Shown here: positions 39,902 through 49,510 of the stretch, one piece after another
Position numbering within the stretch: position 1 is the stretch's first letter
Layout of the letters: every line of letters begins with the position of its first letter
From: Candidatus Bathyarchaeia archaeon
GTDB lineage: Archaea; Thermoproteota; Bathyarchaeia; 40CM-2-53-6
Reading direction: 5' to 3'
NCBI GenBank assembly: GCA_049513715.1
Contig: JBEKVV010000004.1
Span: 64,001-128,000 of the forward strand
DNA: 64,000 nucleotides
Position numbers and translations under genes: made by a program
The notes under the pieces: generated by a model
Seen by the model: the letters and a program-made list of their open reading frames with translations, nothing else
Databases searched by the model: none
Told to the model about the DNA's origin: nothing

Positions 39902-40696
39902 CTATGTGGAGAACGTTAGTTCCACGGGCTGCGCCCACGGTGCCGCAAGCTTCTCGAATAGAGCGGTGATCGCAAAGAGGATCACTCCAACCAGTGTGAT
40001 TAGGAGAATTCCGGCGAACAGGGGCGCTGTGTCAAAGTTCGAGGAGTAGACCAGCATCAAATACCCGACTCCATGGCTGGAGCCACCAATCCATTCCCCA
40101 ACTATGGCGCCGATGATTGCAAACGTCATAGCAACCTTGAGGGAGGCAAAGAGGTAGGGGATGCAGTTAGGGAGTTGAACTTTCAAGAAGACTTGGCGTC
40201 GGCTTGCGTATAGGGAGGACATTAGGTCAGCGATGGATTGGTCGATTGTGACGAGGCCTTTAATTGAGTTGACCAAAACCGGGAAGAAGCAGATTAGCGC
40301 GGTAATCATTGTGATGGGGACCTCTCCGTACCCGAACCAGACCAAGAAGACCGGCGCGAGTGCTATTTTCGGTATGACTTGCACGGCGACGATTACGGGG
40401 TAGAGGATTTTTGGTAGTAAAGGAGAGCTGGCAATGATAACGGCCAGGCCGAAAGCCACCACCGTCCCCAACGCGAAGCCAACCATGATTTCCTCCAACG
40501 TGTAAATCAGTTCGGCTGAGAGAGCCGGCCACTTGGTTACGAAGGAGGCCAACGTGGCCGTGGGGGATGGAAGCAGGTATTGTGGAATCTTGAAGAAGGT
40601 GGTGAAGAGTTCCCACAGTATTACTACGAGGATTATGAACCCCACGCTGAGCGAGTATGTTCTGATTTCGCGCCCTAATTGCGACATGGTCGTCAT
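39902..40696 (-). CDS. ABC transporter permease (NitT/TauT/SsuC family)
   Basis: LLPSP, IPKIALAP, KVQLP, GAIVGEW. Confidence 0.92.
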   Translation of the reverse strand: MTTMSQLGREIRTYSLSVGFIILVVILWELFTTFFKIPQYLLPSPTATLASFVTKWPALSAELIYTLEEIMVGFALGTVVAFGLAVIIASSPLLPKILYPVIVAVQVIPKIALAPVFLVWFGYGEVPITMITALICFFPVLVNSIKGLVTIDQSIADLMSSLYASRRQVFLKVQLPNCIPYLFASLKVAMTFAIIGAIVGEWIGGSSHGVGYLMLVYSSNFDTAPLFAGILLITLVGVILFAITALFEKLAAPWAQPVELTFST

Positions 40697-40697
40697 A

Positions 40698-41462
40698 TTA
40701 CGCCAACCCGAAATGTTCCCTTATGGTTTGAACGTGGCGTGTGAACGCGGGGTCGTTTTGACTTTCAGCAGACCTCGGGCGCGGTAGATCAATTTTCAAC
40801 GTCTCCACAATTTTCCCAGGTCGTTCGGACATTATTGCGATTTTGTCGGATAGGAGTACTGCTTCTGGTATGTCGTGGGTTACGAAGACGACCGTTCGCC
40901 TAAACTGGATCCAGATTCTTAGTAATTCGTAAGCCATCTTTGTGCGCGTCATAGCGTCCAACGCGCCGAATGGCTCGTCCATTAGCAGAAGCTTCGCGGA
41001 GAAGGCCAGGGCTCTGGCAATGGAGACCCGCTGCTGCATTCCGCCCGACAGGGCAGAGGGGTAGCTGTCCAGGAATTTTGAGAGCCCCATAAAATCGAGA
41101 AGATCAAATGCTTTCTTTCGGTTGGTCGGAGTGTTCTCACCAATAACCTCCAAGGGCAGGAGCACGTTTTGCATAACGTTCCTCCACGGCAGAAGTGCGG
41201 GGGTTTGGAAGACGAACCCGAATTCGCGGTTTTTTCGAGCATCTTGAACTGGCCTTCCATCTATTGCGATTCTTCCCGAGGTCGGCTTGAGTAATCCACC
41301 AATTAGCTTTAGGACCGTGGTCTTTCCGCAGCCACTTGGCCCGACGATGGAGAAGAACTCGCCGGGTTCAATGCTGAGGCCAACGTTTTCCAAGGCCTCA
41401 ACCTGTTTCTTCTCCTTACCGTAGGTCATCGTGACCTCGGAAAGATCGATTGCGTGTGACAA
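40698..41462 (-). CDS. ABC transporter ATPase (NitT/TauT family)
   Basis: GPSGCGKTT, LSGGMQQR, LLMDEPFGALD, VTHD. Confidence 0.95.
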   Translation of the reverse strand: MSHAIDLSEVTMTYGKEKKQVEALENVGLSIEPGEFFSIVGPSGCGKTTVLKLIGGLLKPTSGRIAIDGRPVQDARKNREFGFVFQTPALLPWRNVMQNVLLPLEVIGENTPTNRKKAFDLLDFMGLSKFLDSYPSALSGGMQQRVSIARALAFSAKLLLMDEPFGALDAMTRTKMAYELLRIWIQFRRTVVFVTHDIPEAVLLSDKIAIMSERPGKIVETLKIDLPRPRSAESQNDPAFTRHVQTIREHFGLA

Positions 41463-41565
41463 CGAACGTTCGCTCGAATGAGAAGCATGGAATGAGATGA
41501 TTTTGTCGTAAATAAAGAAAGGGGTGGTAGGGTTTGTACGCGCGCTTCAGTGGTTCGTTTACTTT

Positions 41566-42747
41566 CTAGGAGGTTTTTCCTGTAGCGGAAACGGTCAGGT
41601 TGAAGCCGATTCCGGGGACGTTGGCGCCGGTAATGGTTCCTGGGTTCGTTGGGAAGGCCCTGTTGGATGGGAGGAAGTCGTTTGTGAAGACCTTCGTGTA
41701 GTCGACTGGGGTGCTGCCTAGGACTCCGGTGAGGTATTGTCCCATTGCTTGCCATTTCGCGGATGTCTGCCACCACAAACCATTCGCGTCGGTGTCAGAG
41801 CTTGTCCACAACTTGTACGCGAAGGCTGAGGCTAGTTGGTCTCTCAGTAGTGTTACGTTTGTTGATGAGACGTGGTTGTTGAGGCTGGTTATTGCATCCA
41901 TTGGGTGTTGAATGGTGTACAGTTCGCCCTGTAATGCGCCAGCGAGAAAAGCTTTGACGGTGTCGGGATGGTCTTTGAGCATAGCGCTGTTTGTAAGGAT
42001 TCCAAAGCCGTACTCGCTGACTCCGTACTGTGTGAACGGAAGCAGGGATACAGCGTAGCCCTTGTCGACTACGTTTACTGCTTCGTAGTCTACGAATTCG
42101 GTTATGAAGTCCACTGAGCCAGACATCACGAATGCCTCCTCAGGGTACCCGATGGATGTGTTGCCTTTGATTGATGAGCCTTGGATGTTGTTGGCGGTTA
42201 GGAATGCTTGGAAGGCTGTTGGGCCTGCGCCTCCGGGGTGGTAGCCCCAAGTTAGGCCTGAGAGGTCCGATGGAGTGGTTAGTTTGTGCATCGACTGCAG
42301 CGCGATTGCTGAAAGACCTGTGTTCTGGTCAACTGCTGCTACGGAAACAACGTCAACTCCTTTCGATATAGCTACCAAAGCTGTTGGTAGATCTGCCTCA
42401 GCGAAGTCGAAGGTGCCCGCTGCAACTGCGCGAATCGCTACGCCCGAGCCTGTTCCTTCAGAGATTGAGACATCGAGGCCTTGGGCCTTGAAGAACCCTT
42501 GGTCGATGGCCACGTAGAAGGGCGCGTTGTACCCTGCGGCTAGCCATGGTAGGGTAAATGTGACACTAGATTTGCTGAGCGGTGCCATACTGCTTTCGCT
42601 CGTCATGCTGGTAGTGCTGGTTGCAGGAGAGGGAGTCATCGAATAGTAGAAGCCCGCCGCTGCTCCCGCAATGACGACGATGGCGACAACCAAGACGATT
42701 GCTGCTGTTCGAGAAATTGCTTTTATATTTGAAGATAGATGTGACAT
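41566..42747 (-). CDS. ABC substrate-binding protein (NMT1/THI5-like), N-terminally anchored
   Basis: TM anchor, Ser/Thr-rich linker, W...YNAPFYVAIDQGFF..GLDV...G.GS. Confidence 0.88.
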   Translation of the reverse strand: MSHLSSNIKAISRTAAIVLVVAIVVIAGAAAGFYYSMTPSPATSTTSMTSESSMAPLSKSSVTFTLPWLAAGYNAPFYVAIDQGFFKAQGLDVSISEGTGSGVAIRAVAAGTFDFAEADLPTALVAISKGVDVVSVAAVDQNTGLSAIALQSMHKLTTPSDLSGLTWGYHPGGAGPTAFQAFLTANNIQGSSIKGNTSIGYPEEAFVMSGSVDFITEFVDYEAVNVVDKGYAVSLLPFTQYGVSEYGFGILTNSAMLKDHPDTVKAFLAGALQGELYTIQHPMDAITSLNNHVSSTNVTLLRDQLASAFAYKLWTSSDTDANGLWWQTSAKWQAMGQYLTGVLGSTPVDYTKVFTNDFLPSNRAFPTNPGTITGANVPGIGFNLTVSATGKTS

Positions 42748-43021
42748 GGATCAGATTTCAGGCTGCAAGTTCCTAAAATACTTGCTTACAATCCGCGCGC
42801 CGCGCGATGATGTTGATTTTTTCCTGATATCGCTTCAATAAATCATGATTACCAAACAGTAGATCCTATCTCGCGCAATCTCAATCACTCCGTTCTTCGT
42901 CTGTTGGGTTGGTGCGCGTTGTGGGAAAAACTCATACATACAGCTGCACCTCAACACGGCGCCTATTGATTTGATTAAACGCGGCCCAGAACATGATTGC
43001 CATCGGCAAAAAGTGAAGTGT

Positions 43022-43903
43022 ATGCCTTTTCATCCAACGGATTACTTCGAACCCACCACTCCTGAAGAGGTGTGCGGACTTCTTTCGCAGTATGGCAAGC
43101 ATGCAAAGGTGATCGCGGGCGGGACTGCGATTTACGAATTGGCAAAGCGAGACTTGGCATCTGAGGTTAAGCAATTAGTCAGCCTTCGCAAGGTTCCGCT
43201 GAAATATGTTCGCAGAGATGAGCAAGGGCTGCATGTTGGAGCCACAACTCCCCTCGCTGAACTCGCAGGCTCATCTGAAGTTAATAGTGATCCTTTGCTG
43301 CAAGTCTTGGCGGAAGCGCTCCGAGAGATTAGGCCTATGCAGGTTCGGGCTGTCGCAACCGTGGGAGGAGAAATTTGCACATCCCTTCCACTATTGGATT
43401 TACCCCCAGCGCTACTTGCACTCGACACAGTCGCGATTATTCAAGGGGAGAGTCGCCAAAGAGCTATCGCCCTCAATGAGTTCCTAGTGGATTTCTTCCT
43501 GAACGCCCTGAATAGAAGCGAATTTCTCGTTGAGGCGTTGATTCCAAAGCAGCCGGAACATTCGGGCTCAGCGTTTTTGAAGTTTGGCCGCACGGCTTAC
43601 GACTTCAACTTAATCAATGTTGCAACTAGGCTGACGCTCGCCAAAGACGGAACCTGCTCGGATACGAGAATCATTCTTGGCGGAGTTGGGCGCGTGCCAT
43701 TGCGCGCGGCTGCGTCTGAAAACGAGATCAAGGGTCGACGGATTGATGACCAGACAGTGGCCAGGGCTGCGGAAGCATTGGGTGAATTCAAAGCGATACC
43801 CCAAATTCATGGCGACGCTGGATACAAACGAGACATCGCACGTGTGCTGGTTCGGGATTGTGTTAAGCGGGCTGCGGAACGGACGTTGGTGGTGGCACAT
43901 TGA
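43022..43903 (+). CDS. Xanthine dehydrogenase-family FAD subunit, second system
   Basis: YFEPTT, AGGT, QVRAVATVGG. Likely start is the ATG at 43022. Confidence 0.88.
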   Translation: MPFHPTDYFEPTTPEEVCGLLSQYGKHAKVIAGGTAIYELAKRDLASEVKQLVSLRKVPLKYVRRDEQGLHVGATTPLAELAGSSEVNSDPLLQVLAEALREIRPMQVRAVATVGGEICTSLPLLDLPPALLALDTVAIIQGESRQRAIALNEFLVDFFLNALNRSEFLVEALIPKQPEHSGSAFLKFGRTAYDFNLINVATRLTLAKDGTCSDTRIILGGVGRVPLRAAASENEIKGRRIDDQTVARAAEALGEFKAIPQIHGDAGYKRDIARVLVRDCVKRAAERTLVVAH

Positions 43904-44367
43904 AGAACAAAGTCGCACTGCGAGTGAATGGCAAGAAGTACGAATTGGAGCTGGGCCCGTATGCGCTACTGTCGGAAGTTCTTCGCGAGGATTTGGGTTT
44001 GAAGGGGACGAAGCGGGGTTGCGATTTCGGTGGTTGTGGTGCCTGCACGGTTCTCATGGATAGGCAAGCGATCTACTCTTGCATGATGCCTGCGCGGCAC
44101 GCGGAGGGACATGAGATTACCACGATAGAGGGCTTAGCGGAGGGTGGGAAATTGTCGCCAGTTCAAAGATCGTTCGTGAAGAACATGGGATTTCAATGCG
44201 GCTACTGCACGCCGGGAATAATAATATCCGCAACGGCTTTGCTCAAACGTAACCCGCACCCAACCGAGGACGACATGCGTGAAGCGTTGGCGGGGAACCT
44301 GTGCAGGTGCACAGGCTACACGAGCATCTTCAAATCCATCAAAGAAGCAGCCGAAACGCAAACCTAG
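43900..44367 (+). CDS. Xanthine dehydrogenase-family [2Fe-2S] subunit, second system
   Basis: GCDFGGCGACTV, QCGYCTPG, NLCRCTGY. Confidence 0.95.
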   Translation: MKNKVALRVNGKKYELELGPYALLSEVLREDLGLKGTKRGCDFGGCGACTVLMDRQAIYSCMMPARHAEGHEITTIEGLAEGGKLSPVQRSFVKNMGFQCGYCTPGIIISATALLKRNPHPTEDDMREALAGNLCRCTGYTSIFKSIKEAAETQT

Positions 44368-44376
44368 CAGGATATA

Positions 44377-46752
44377 TCAGTCAACAAAGACTGTTTCGTT
44401 ATTCTTCTTCTCTTTGAGGGCTTTCAGAATTCTCTCCCCCGTGACTGGGAGCGACCGGAATCTGAGGCCTATGGCGTTGTGGATTGCGTTGGTTATGGCT
44501 GGTGCGGTTGCGGTTATAGGGGCCTCGCCGCAGCCTTTCGCCCCGAACGGGCCTTCCTCGAAGGGGTTTTCGAGGATTTTGGATTGAATGGGAACGTAGT
44601 CCATTGAAGTCCAGATCTTGTAGTCTTTGAGGTCCCCATTAATGACCTGGCCGTCTTGAATTACGAGTTCTTCGGAGATGGTTGTGCTGGCGCCCATGAT
44701 GATGCCGCCCTCATTCTGCCCTAGCACATTCAGCGGGTTAATTACACGGCCAACATCCAACACGCCAATAATGTTCAGCAACTTGACCTGTCCAGTTTCA
44801 ATGTTCGTGGCTAGGTCGACGACCTGAACCACGGGTGTGTAGTAGGCTACGGCCCGATCTGTGGAGCATTGTCCAGTCTCTGGATCAAGTTCTCCGGTTT
44901 CGGGGTGCCAGACAGCTTTCGACGCGAACTCACCGATTCCCTCAACAAAGCCATCGCCCATGGGACCCGGCCTGAACAAGTCACGAACACGAACCTGCAC
45001 GCCAGGATTCTTCCTACCACGAACCACTCCGTCTGCGAGTTCCAAGTCGTCTGGGTTCAGGTTTAGTTTGCGTGAGGCGATTGTGAGAATTTGGGCTTTG
45101 ACGCCGCGGCAGGCCATGCTCACCGCTTTGCCGAGTTGAGAGGTTTGCCTGCTGCCACTGGCTCCGGGGCCGACGGGGGCGAAGGATGAGTCTGCTTCCC
45201 GAATGGTTATGCTTTCAAGTGGTAGTTTGGATTCCTCTGCCGCGATTTGCGCTAGTCCAGTTCGGGTTCCTTCCCCGGGGTCTGCGACAGCGGTTGAAAT
45301 CTCAACGGTGTCGTCTTCCCTGTACTTTGCGTATGCCATGCTTGGGAAGCTTACGTCACACATCTCTTGGGCGACGGCTATTCCTCGGCCGAATCGCCAG
45401 TGGCTGTCGAGTTTGGGTTTCGGAATCTTCTCCGCTTCTTTAAGCGCTGTCGTTATGCATTCTTGTAGGGTGAATTTTCTCATTCGTTCGCCCATTGCGT
45501 TCTTGGAGTCGGTTCTTAGCATGTTCTTCAAGCGAAGTTGGATCGGGTCGATGTTGAGTTTCTGAGCGATGATGTCCATCTGGGATTCTATGGCGAAATA
45601 TGCTTGGGGCGTCCCGAAGCCGCGGAAGGCGCCGCCTTGAACCTGGTTCGTGTAAACGCGGAAGACGTCTAGTTTGAAGTTTGGAATATCATAGACGCAG
45701 ACGGAGGCGTAGACGCAGTCCCTGACAGCCACGTTGCCTGCTAGGGAGTAGGCGCCGCCGTTGTAGATGGCTTCCATTTCCCTGGCGATTATTCGGCCGT
45801 CGGCATTGACGCCGTCTTTGATTCTGATTATGGACGGATGCCGGATGGAGGTGGTCTCGAAGACTTCCTCGCGGGTGAAGGTGATTTTCACGGGCTTGCT
45901 TGTTTTGAGGGTTAGGGCCGCGCATATTAGTTCGGCGTGGGTTTGGCCCTTGTTTCCGAAGCCGCCGCCGACGTATGGTGGGATGATGACGCGGATTTTG
46001 GATTGCGGAATTCCGAGTCCGTCGCTGAGTTCTTTTCTGGCCCTGTAGACGTTCTGTCCTGACACCCAGACCACCAATGTCCCGTCGGGCTCTGTCGAGG
46101 CGATTGCGGCAACTGGCTCAATGTGCATGTGCTGCACAGGGTGAGTGCGAAACGTATTCTCAACGACTAAGTGGGCTTCCTTGAAGCCCTGCTCGACGTC
46201 GCCATGCCTGACTTTGAACCTGTTTGTCACGTTAGGGCGGGATGGGTCTGTGGCCGCCCGATAAATCTGCGAGGAGTACCGTTTGTAGTTAGGAAGGTCT
46301 GGGTGAACTGTGACCGGTGGGTTTTCTTTGACGGATACAAGGGAGTCGAAGATTGGTTCAAGCTCCTTGTATTTGACCTCGATTAACTCGGCCGCTTCCT
46401 TGGCCAGGTCCTTTGTTTCGGCAGCGACGGCCGCGACCGGCTCGCCAATGTACCTGACCCTGCCCCTGGACAGGATTGGGGTGTCGTAGAGCCCGCGTCC
46501 TCGTAACCCTGCTGGCACATCATCACCGGTTATTACTGCATGAACGCCGGCGAGTGCTTCGGCGCGGGATTTGTTGATGGAGATTATCTCCGCGTGGGGA
46601 AGGGGGCTGCGTTTGATTGCGCCATGCAACATGCGCGGCAGCTCCATATCATAAACGTACACAGCACGCCCCGTAACGACCTCCTCAGCTCCTATGCGGG
46701 GGAGTGCTTTCCCGATGACCTTCGAATCGCGAGCTAGTTCCGATTGTTGCAA
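44377..46752 (-). CDS. Xanthine dehydrogenase-family Mo-binding large subunit, second system
   Basis: RSPLPHA, GGGFGNK, GAFRGFG, GQNEGG, GAKGCGE. Confidence 0.92.
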   Translation of the reverse strand: MQQSELARDSKVIGKALPRIGAEEVVTGRAVYVYDMELPRMLHGAIKRSPLPHAEIISINKSRAEALAGVHAVITGDDVPAGLRGRGLYDTPILSRGRVRYIGEPVAAVAAETKDLAKEAAELIEVKYKELEPIFDSLVSVKENPPVTVHPDLPNYKRYSSQIYRAATDPSRPNVTNRFKVRHGDVEQGFKEAHLVVENTFRTHPVQHMHIEPVAAIASTEPDGTLVVWVSGQNVYRARKELSDGLGIPQSKIRVIIPPYVGGGFGNKGQTHAELICAALTLKTSKPVKITFTREEVFETTSIRHPSIIRIKDGVNADGRIIAREMEAIYNGGAYSLAGNVAVRDCVYASVCVYDIPNFKLDVFRVYTNQVQGGAFRGFGTPQAYFAIESQMDIIAQKLNIDPIQLRLKNMLRTDSKNAMGERMRKFTLQECITTALKEAEKIPKPKLDSHWRFGRGIAVAQEMCDVSFPSMAYAKYREDDTVEISTAVADPGEGTRTGLAQIAAEESKLPLESITIREADSSFAPVGPGASGSRQTSQLGKAVSMACRGVKAQILTIASRKLNLNPDDLELADGVVRGRKNPGVQVRVRDLFRPGPMGDGFVEGIGEFASKAVWHPETGELDPETGQCSTDRAVAYYTPVVQVVDLATNIETGQVKLLNIIGVLDVGRVINPLNVLGQNEGGIIMGASTTISEELVIQDGQVINGDLKDYKIWTSMDYVPIQSKILENPFEEGPFGAKGCGEAPITATAPAITNAIHNAIGLRFRSLPVTGERILKALKEKKNNETVFVD

Positions 46753-46796
46753 GGGGTTGTTCAGTAGGTTGGCTGGATGTTTTCTCTTTAACCTTT

Positions 46797-47228
46797 ATGT
46801 GCGAAAGTTGCGAAGGAAGAGCGGTGCCTGTTTTGGCGGGAAAGTGCGGCCGCGCCATCCAAATGCTATCCCGATACATCGGGTCGACACCGGAGGTCAA
46901 GGGTATGTTGGAGGGTTGGCAGTCGATTATCCAGTTCGATTTCGTTGGCGAAGACTCATTCTACTTGACGATTTCTGGCAACGCCGCCAATTTCCATGAG
47001 GGCAGAGCGGAGAGCCCTGATGTTGTTCTTTCGGGGCGGTCGGACGTTTTCTTTGACGTTATGACAGGGAAGCTGGATCCAGATGAGGCATACATGATGA
47101 AGAAGTACGCTGTGAAGGGCTCGGTTGTGGACGCGATGAAGTTTCGAAGAATCAGCGAGTTAACTGAACAGGCACACAAATCCACGTTCTCTCTGATGAA
47201 GGCCGTGGGAAAGATCGCATTCAAGTAG
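46797..47228 (+). CDS. SCP2 domain protein
   Basis: PDVVLSG..F.DVMTGKLDP..AYM..Y.VKGS; N-terminal CxxC; paralog of 2349-2738. Confidence 0.78.
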   Translation: MCESCEGRAVPVLAGKCGRAIQMLSRYIGSTPEVKGMLEGWQSIIQFDFVGEDSFYLTISGNAANFHEGRAESPDVVLSGRSDVFFDVMTGKLDPDEAYMMKKYAVKGSVVDAMKFRRISELTEQAHKSTFSLMKAVGKIAFK

Positions 47229-47389
47229 AAAATGCTGTAAGTGCACGTGATGAGAAGTTCTCTTTCAGTTACCCAACGTCATGTGGAACAAGAGGAGACT
47301 TACAGGTAGCTGCCTGCAGACCTAGAATCCAAGTGAACTTAAATCAAAAAGAGAAAAGGGAGAGAGTGACCGGTTCACAGGTTCTCTGC

Positions 47390-47797
47390 TCAAAGCAGAT
47401 GAATTGCTGTGAACGGCCCTCCACCGATCGCTGCCAGGACTGCTAAGGCTAGGGAGAATACTAGCAGCAGGAGGTCTAGCTCATAGCCGCCCATGAACTT
47501 CTTGTGGATTTTTGCTGTTGAAAGCCAAATTAGAGCAGCCATCCACAATACGAAGAGCCCGGCGATTATTGATGTCAAGATCCCTAGGATCAGCGCTATT
47601 CCGCCGAAGAATTCGACGATCCCTGCGAACAGCCCGAAACCAGAAGGAATCCCCATCGTCTTGAGCCATTCCCCTGCCTGCTTTCCGCCGTTTTTGAGCT
47701 TCGGATATCCATGAAGCATGAACAGTGCGCCCAACGTCAACCGTAACAACAGAGATACGGCGTCTAGGGAGCTGCCGAAGATTAGATTGGATGTCAT
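47390..47797 (-). CDS. DoxX family membrane protein
   Basis: LLLRLTLGALFMLHGYPKL, EFFGG, GYELDL. Confidence 0.9.
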   Translation of the reverse strand: MTSNLIFGSSLDAVSLLLRLTLGALFMLHGYPKLKNGGKQAGEWLKTMGIPSGFGLFAGIVEFFGGIALILGILTSIIAGLFVLWMAALIWLSTAKIHKKFMGGYELDLLLLVFSLALAVLAAIGGGPFTAIHLL

Positions 47798-47812
47798 ACT
47801 TTTCACCTGCAC

Positions 47813-47829
47813 AGTAACCTTTAGTTACT
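47813..47829. promoter_or_regulatory. Putative HxlR-family operator
   Basis: AGTAAC-N5-GTTACT inverted repeat between the divergent doxX and hxlR genes. Confidence 0.55.
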
Positions 47830-47877
47830 AAGCTACAAAAGGTAACTATTTAAACGAATACCCCAACTATCACCCCA

Positions 47878-48222
47878 GTGGCCCTCATGAAGCGGGAGCA
47901 CATGTGCCCAGTGGTTCAGACAGCACGACTGATTGGCAAGAAATGGGATTTGATTGTGATTCGCTACCTGTTGGATGGGCCGAAACGATTTGTGGAACTG
48001 AAAGCGGAGATTCCAGACGTCTCCTCCAAGAGCCTCTCAGCCACGCTGAAACAACTCAACTCCAAAGGAATGATTCAAAGGAATGTTGAATCAACTTTTC
48101 CCGTCTCCGTGGTCTACTCTCTAACCAAAATGGGACGAGAGATGGGCGACATTGTTGAAGCGATGCGACATTGGGGAGAGAAATGGGCACTACCCTACGC
48201 TGCCCATTCCAGCCGCAGGTAA
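47878..48222 (+). CDS. HxlR/DUF24 winged-helix regulator
   Basis: CPV...IGKKW, GPKRF.EL, P.SV.YSLT.MG, W. Confidence 0.92.
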   Translation: MALMKREHMCPVVQTARLIGKKWDLIVIRYLLDGPKRFVELKAEIPDVSSKSLSATLKQLNSKGMIQRNVESTFPVSVVYSLTKMGREMGDIVEAMRHWGEKWALPYAAHSSRR

Positions 48223-48314
48223 GGGAACCGTTCAGGAAACAATCGAAGGCTACTTGCGGTCAAAGCAGCAAAGCCTTAGGAAGAAATCAGGCACACAGTG
48301 TCGACAGAGTCTCA

Positions 48315-48905
48315 TTAATCAGATTGTTCTTCGGAGAGCTGGCCGCCCGCCCACCGGTGAAAGAGCTCATGCTGAATACCTAGGGTGTCCAGGATCTTGC
48401 CTACGACATGGTCCACCATCTCGCGAACATCCTTGGGCCTGTGATAGAACCCGGGCATGGCGGGTAGTATGATGGCTCCCGCCTCCGCTGCAAGAACCAT
48501 GTTCTTCAAGTGAACTAAGCTAAGGGGTGTCTCACGGGGAACTAGGACTAGTTTTCTGTGTTCTTTGAGGCAGACTTCTGCCGAACGTGTGATCAGGTTG
48601 TCGGAGATTCCGTGAGCAACACAAGCTAATGTTTTCGTGCTGCAAGGAACAATCACCATACCCTTCATCAGGAAAGATCCGCTGGCCGGACCTGCCCCCA
48701 TATCCCTCTCGTTATACGTGACCGTGCAAAGGCTTGCAAAATCCTTTGGCCCAAAGCTCTTTTCGATTTTGAGATTCGTGATCCCCGCTGAACTTATTAT
48801 CCCATGAGTTTCGACACCAAGGTCCCTTAAGACTTCTAGAAGTCGAATGCCGTAAGTTGCCCCACTAGCGCCGGTGATGGCGATTAAGTATCTATCCGGC
48901 ATCAA
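48315..48905 (-). CDS. ubiX: Flavin prenyltransferase
   Basis: AITGASGATYG, ASGS, PCS.KTL, VPRETPL, PGFYHRP. Confidence 0.95.
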   Translation of the reverse strand: MMPDRYLIAITGASGATYGIRLLEVLRDLGVETHGIISSAGITNLKIEKSFGPKDFASLCTVTYNERDMGAGPASGSFLMKGMVIVPCSTKTLACVAHGISDNLITRSAEVCLKEHRKLVLVPRETPLSLVHLKNMVLAAEAGAIILPAMPGFYHRPKDVREMVDHVVGKILDTLGIQHELFHRWAGGQLSEEQSD

Positions 48906-49283
48906 CTTGACGGCTCATCCTCAACGAGTTTCAGGTATGGTACAATAAGGGCTGATTAAGTCAACGGTTTGACTCTCAGAATCAACAGGATGTAATTGAG
49001 CAATGAACCACGGGGCTGCAGACTGCCCGAGTTCTGCCTCTCAGAAATGCTGTCTATGACTGCCGCTCTCTCTACCTGTCTTCACAGCGTTTAGGAACTC
49101 AATGCATGCGGACTGATTGTTGCCTGATTTTCCTCTAATCACCGCATCATTCCTAGATTGGGATTTGGTCATCCGTGCCCGTCGCGGCAACAAGCCGATC
49201 CTCGTGGCAAGTAATCCACTGGCAAGAACTTCATTTCCCTTGGAACCGCAACTCCCATATCGTTGGAATGACAAGTATAGTAC

Positions 49284-49510
49284 GCTGCCTAACCGAGACA
49301 GGGGTAGATTCGTCGGTCGGCTTCGTCCCAGGGTTTGCCTTGGGTCGCATTGTGGATCGATGAGCGCTCGGGTGTAACGTCACGACGCTAGCGGGAAACC
49401 GTAGAAACTCCGTGAGGCCCGAGTGAGGGAAAACCAAGGCGGAGGATGGAGGGAAAGGTCGAATGTCCCTCGCGAAGGGAAAGCCACATCTGCCTCGAGA
49501 GTTAGGCAGC
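49284..49510 (+). ncRNA. Candidate structured ncRNA with terminal BHB-like processing motif (putative 200-nt circular RNA precursor)
   Basis: Perfect 10-bp closing stem GCTGCCTAAC/GTTAGGCAGC. Central helix CGAG/CTCG has 3-nt bulges ACA and AGA. Nested G-U-containing helices and GNRA-type loops; no credible ORF. Confidence 0.7.

Noticed and set aside
49284..49510. Identification as RNase P RNA, SRP RNA, tRNA intron, hammerhead or group II intron
   Set aside because: No correctly ordered P4/CR-I/CR-V elements, no SRP helix-8 CAGG-GNRA-AGCA motif, no tRNA exons, no CUGAUGA core and no domain V. Only partial look-alike words (AAACUCC/GGGUUU, UGUAAC) are present.
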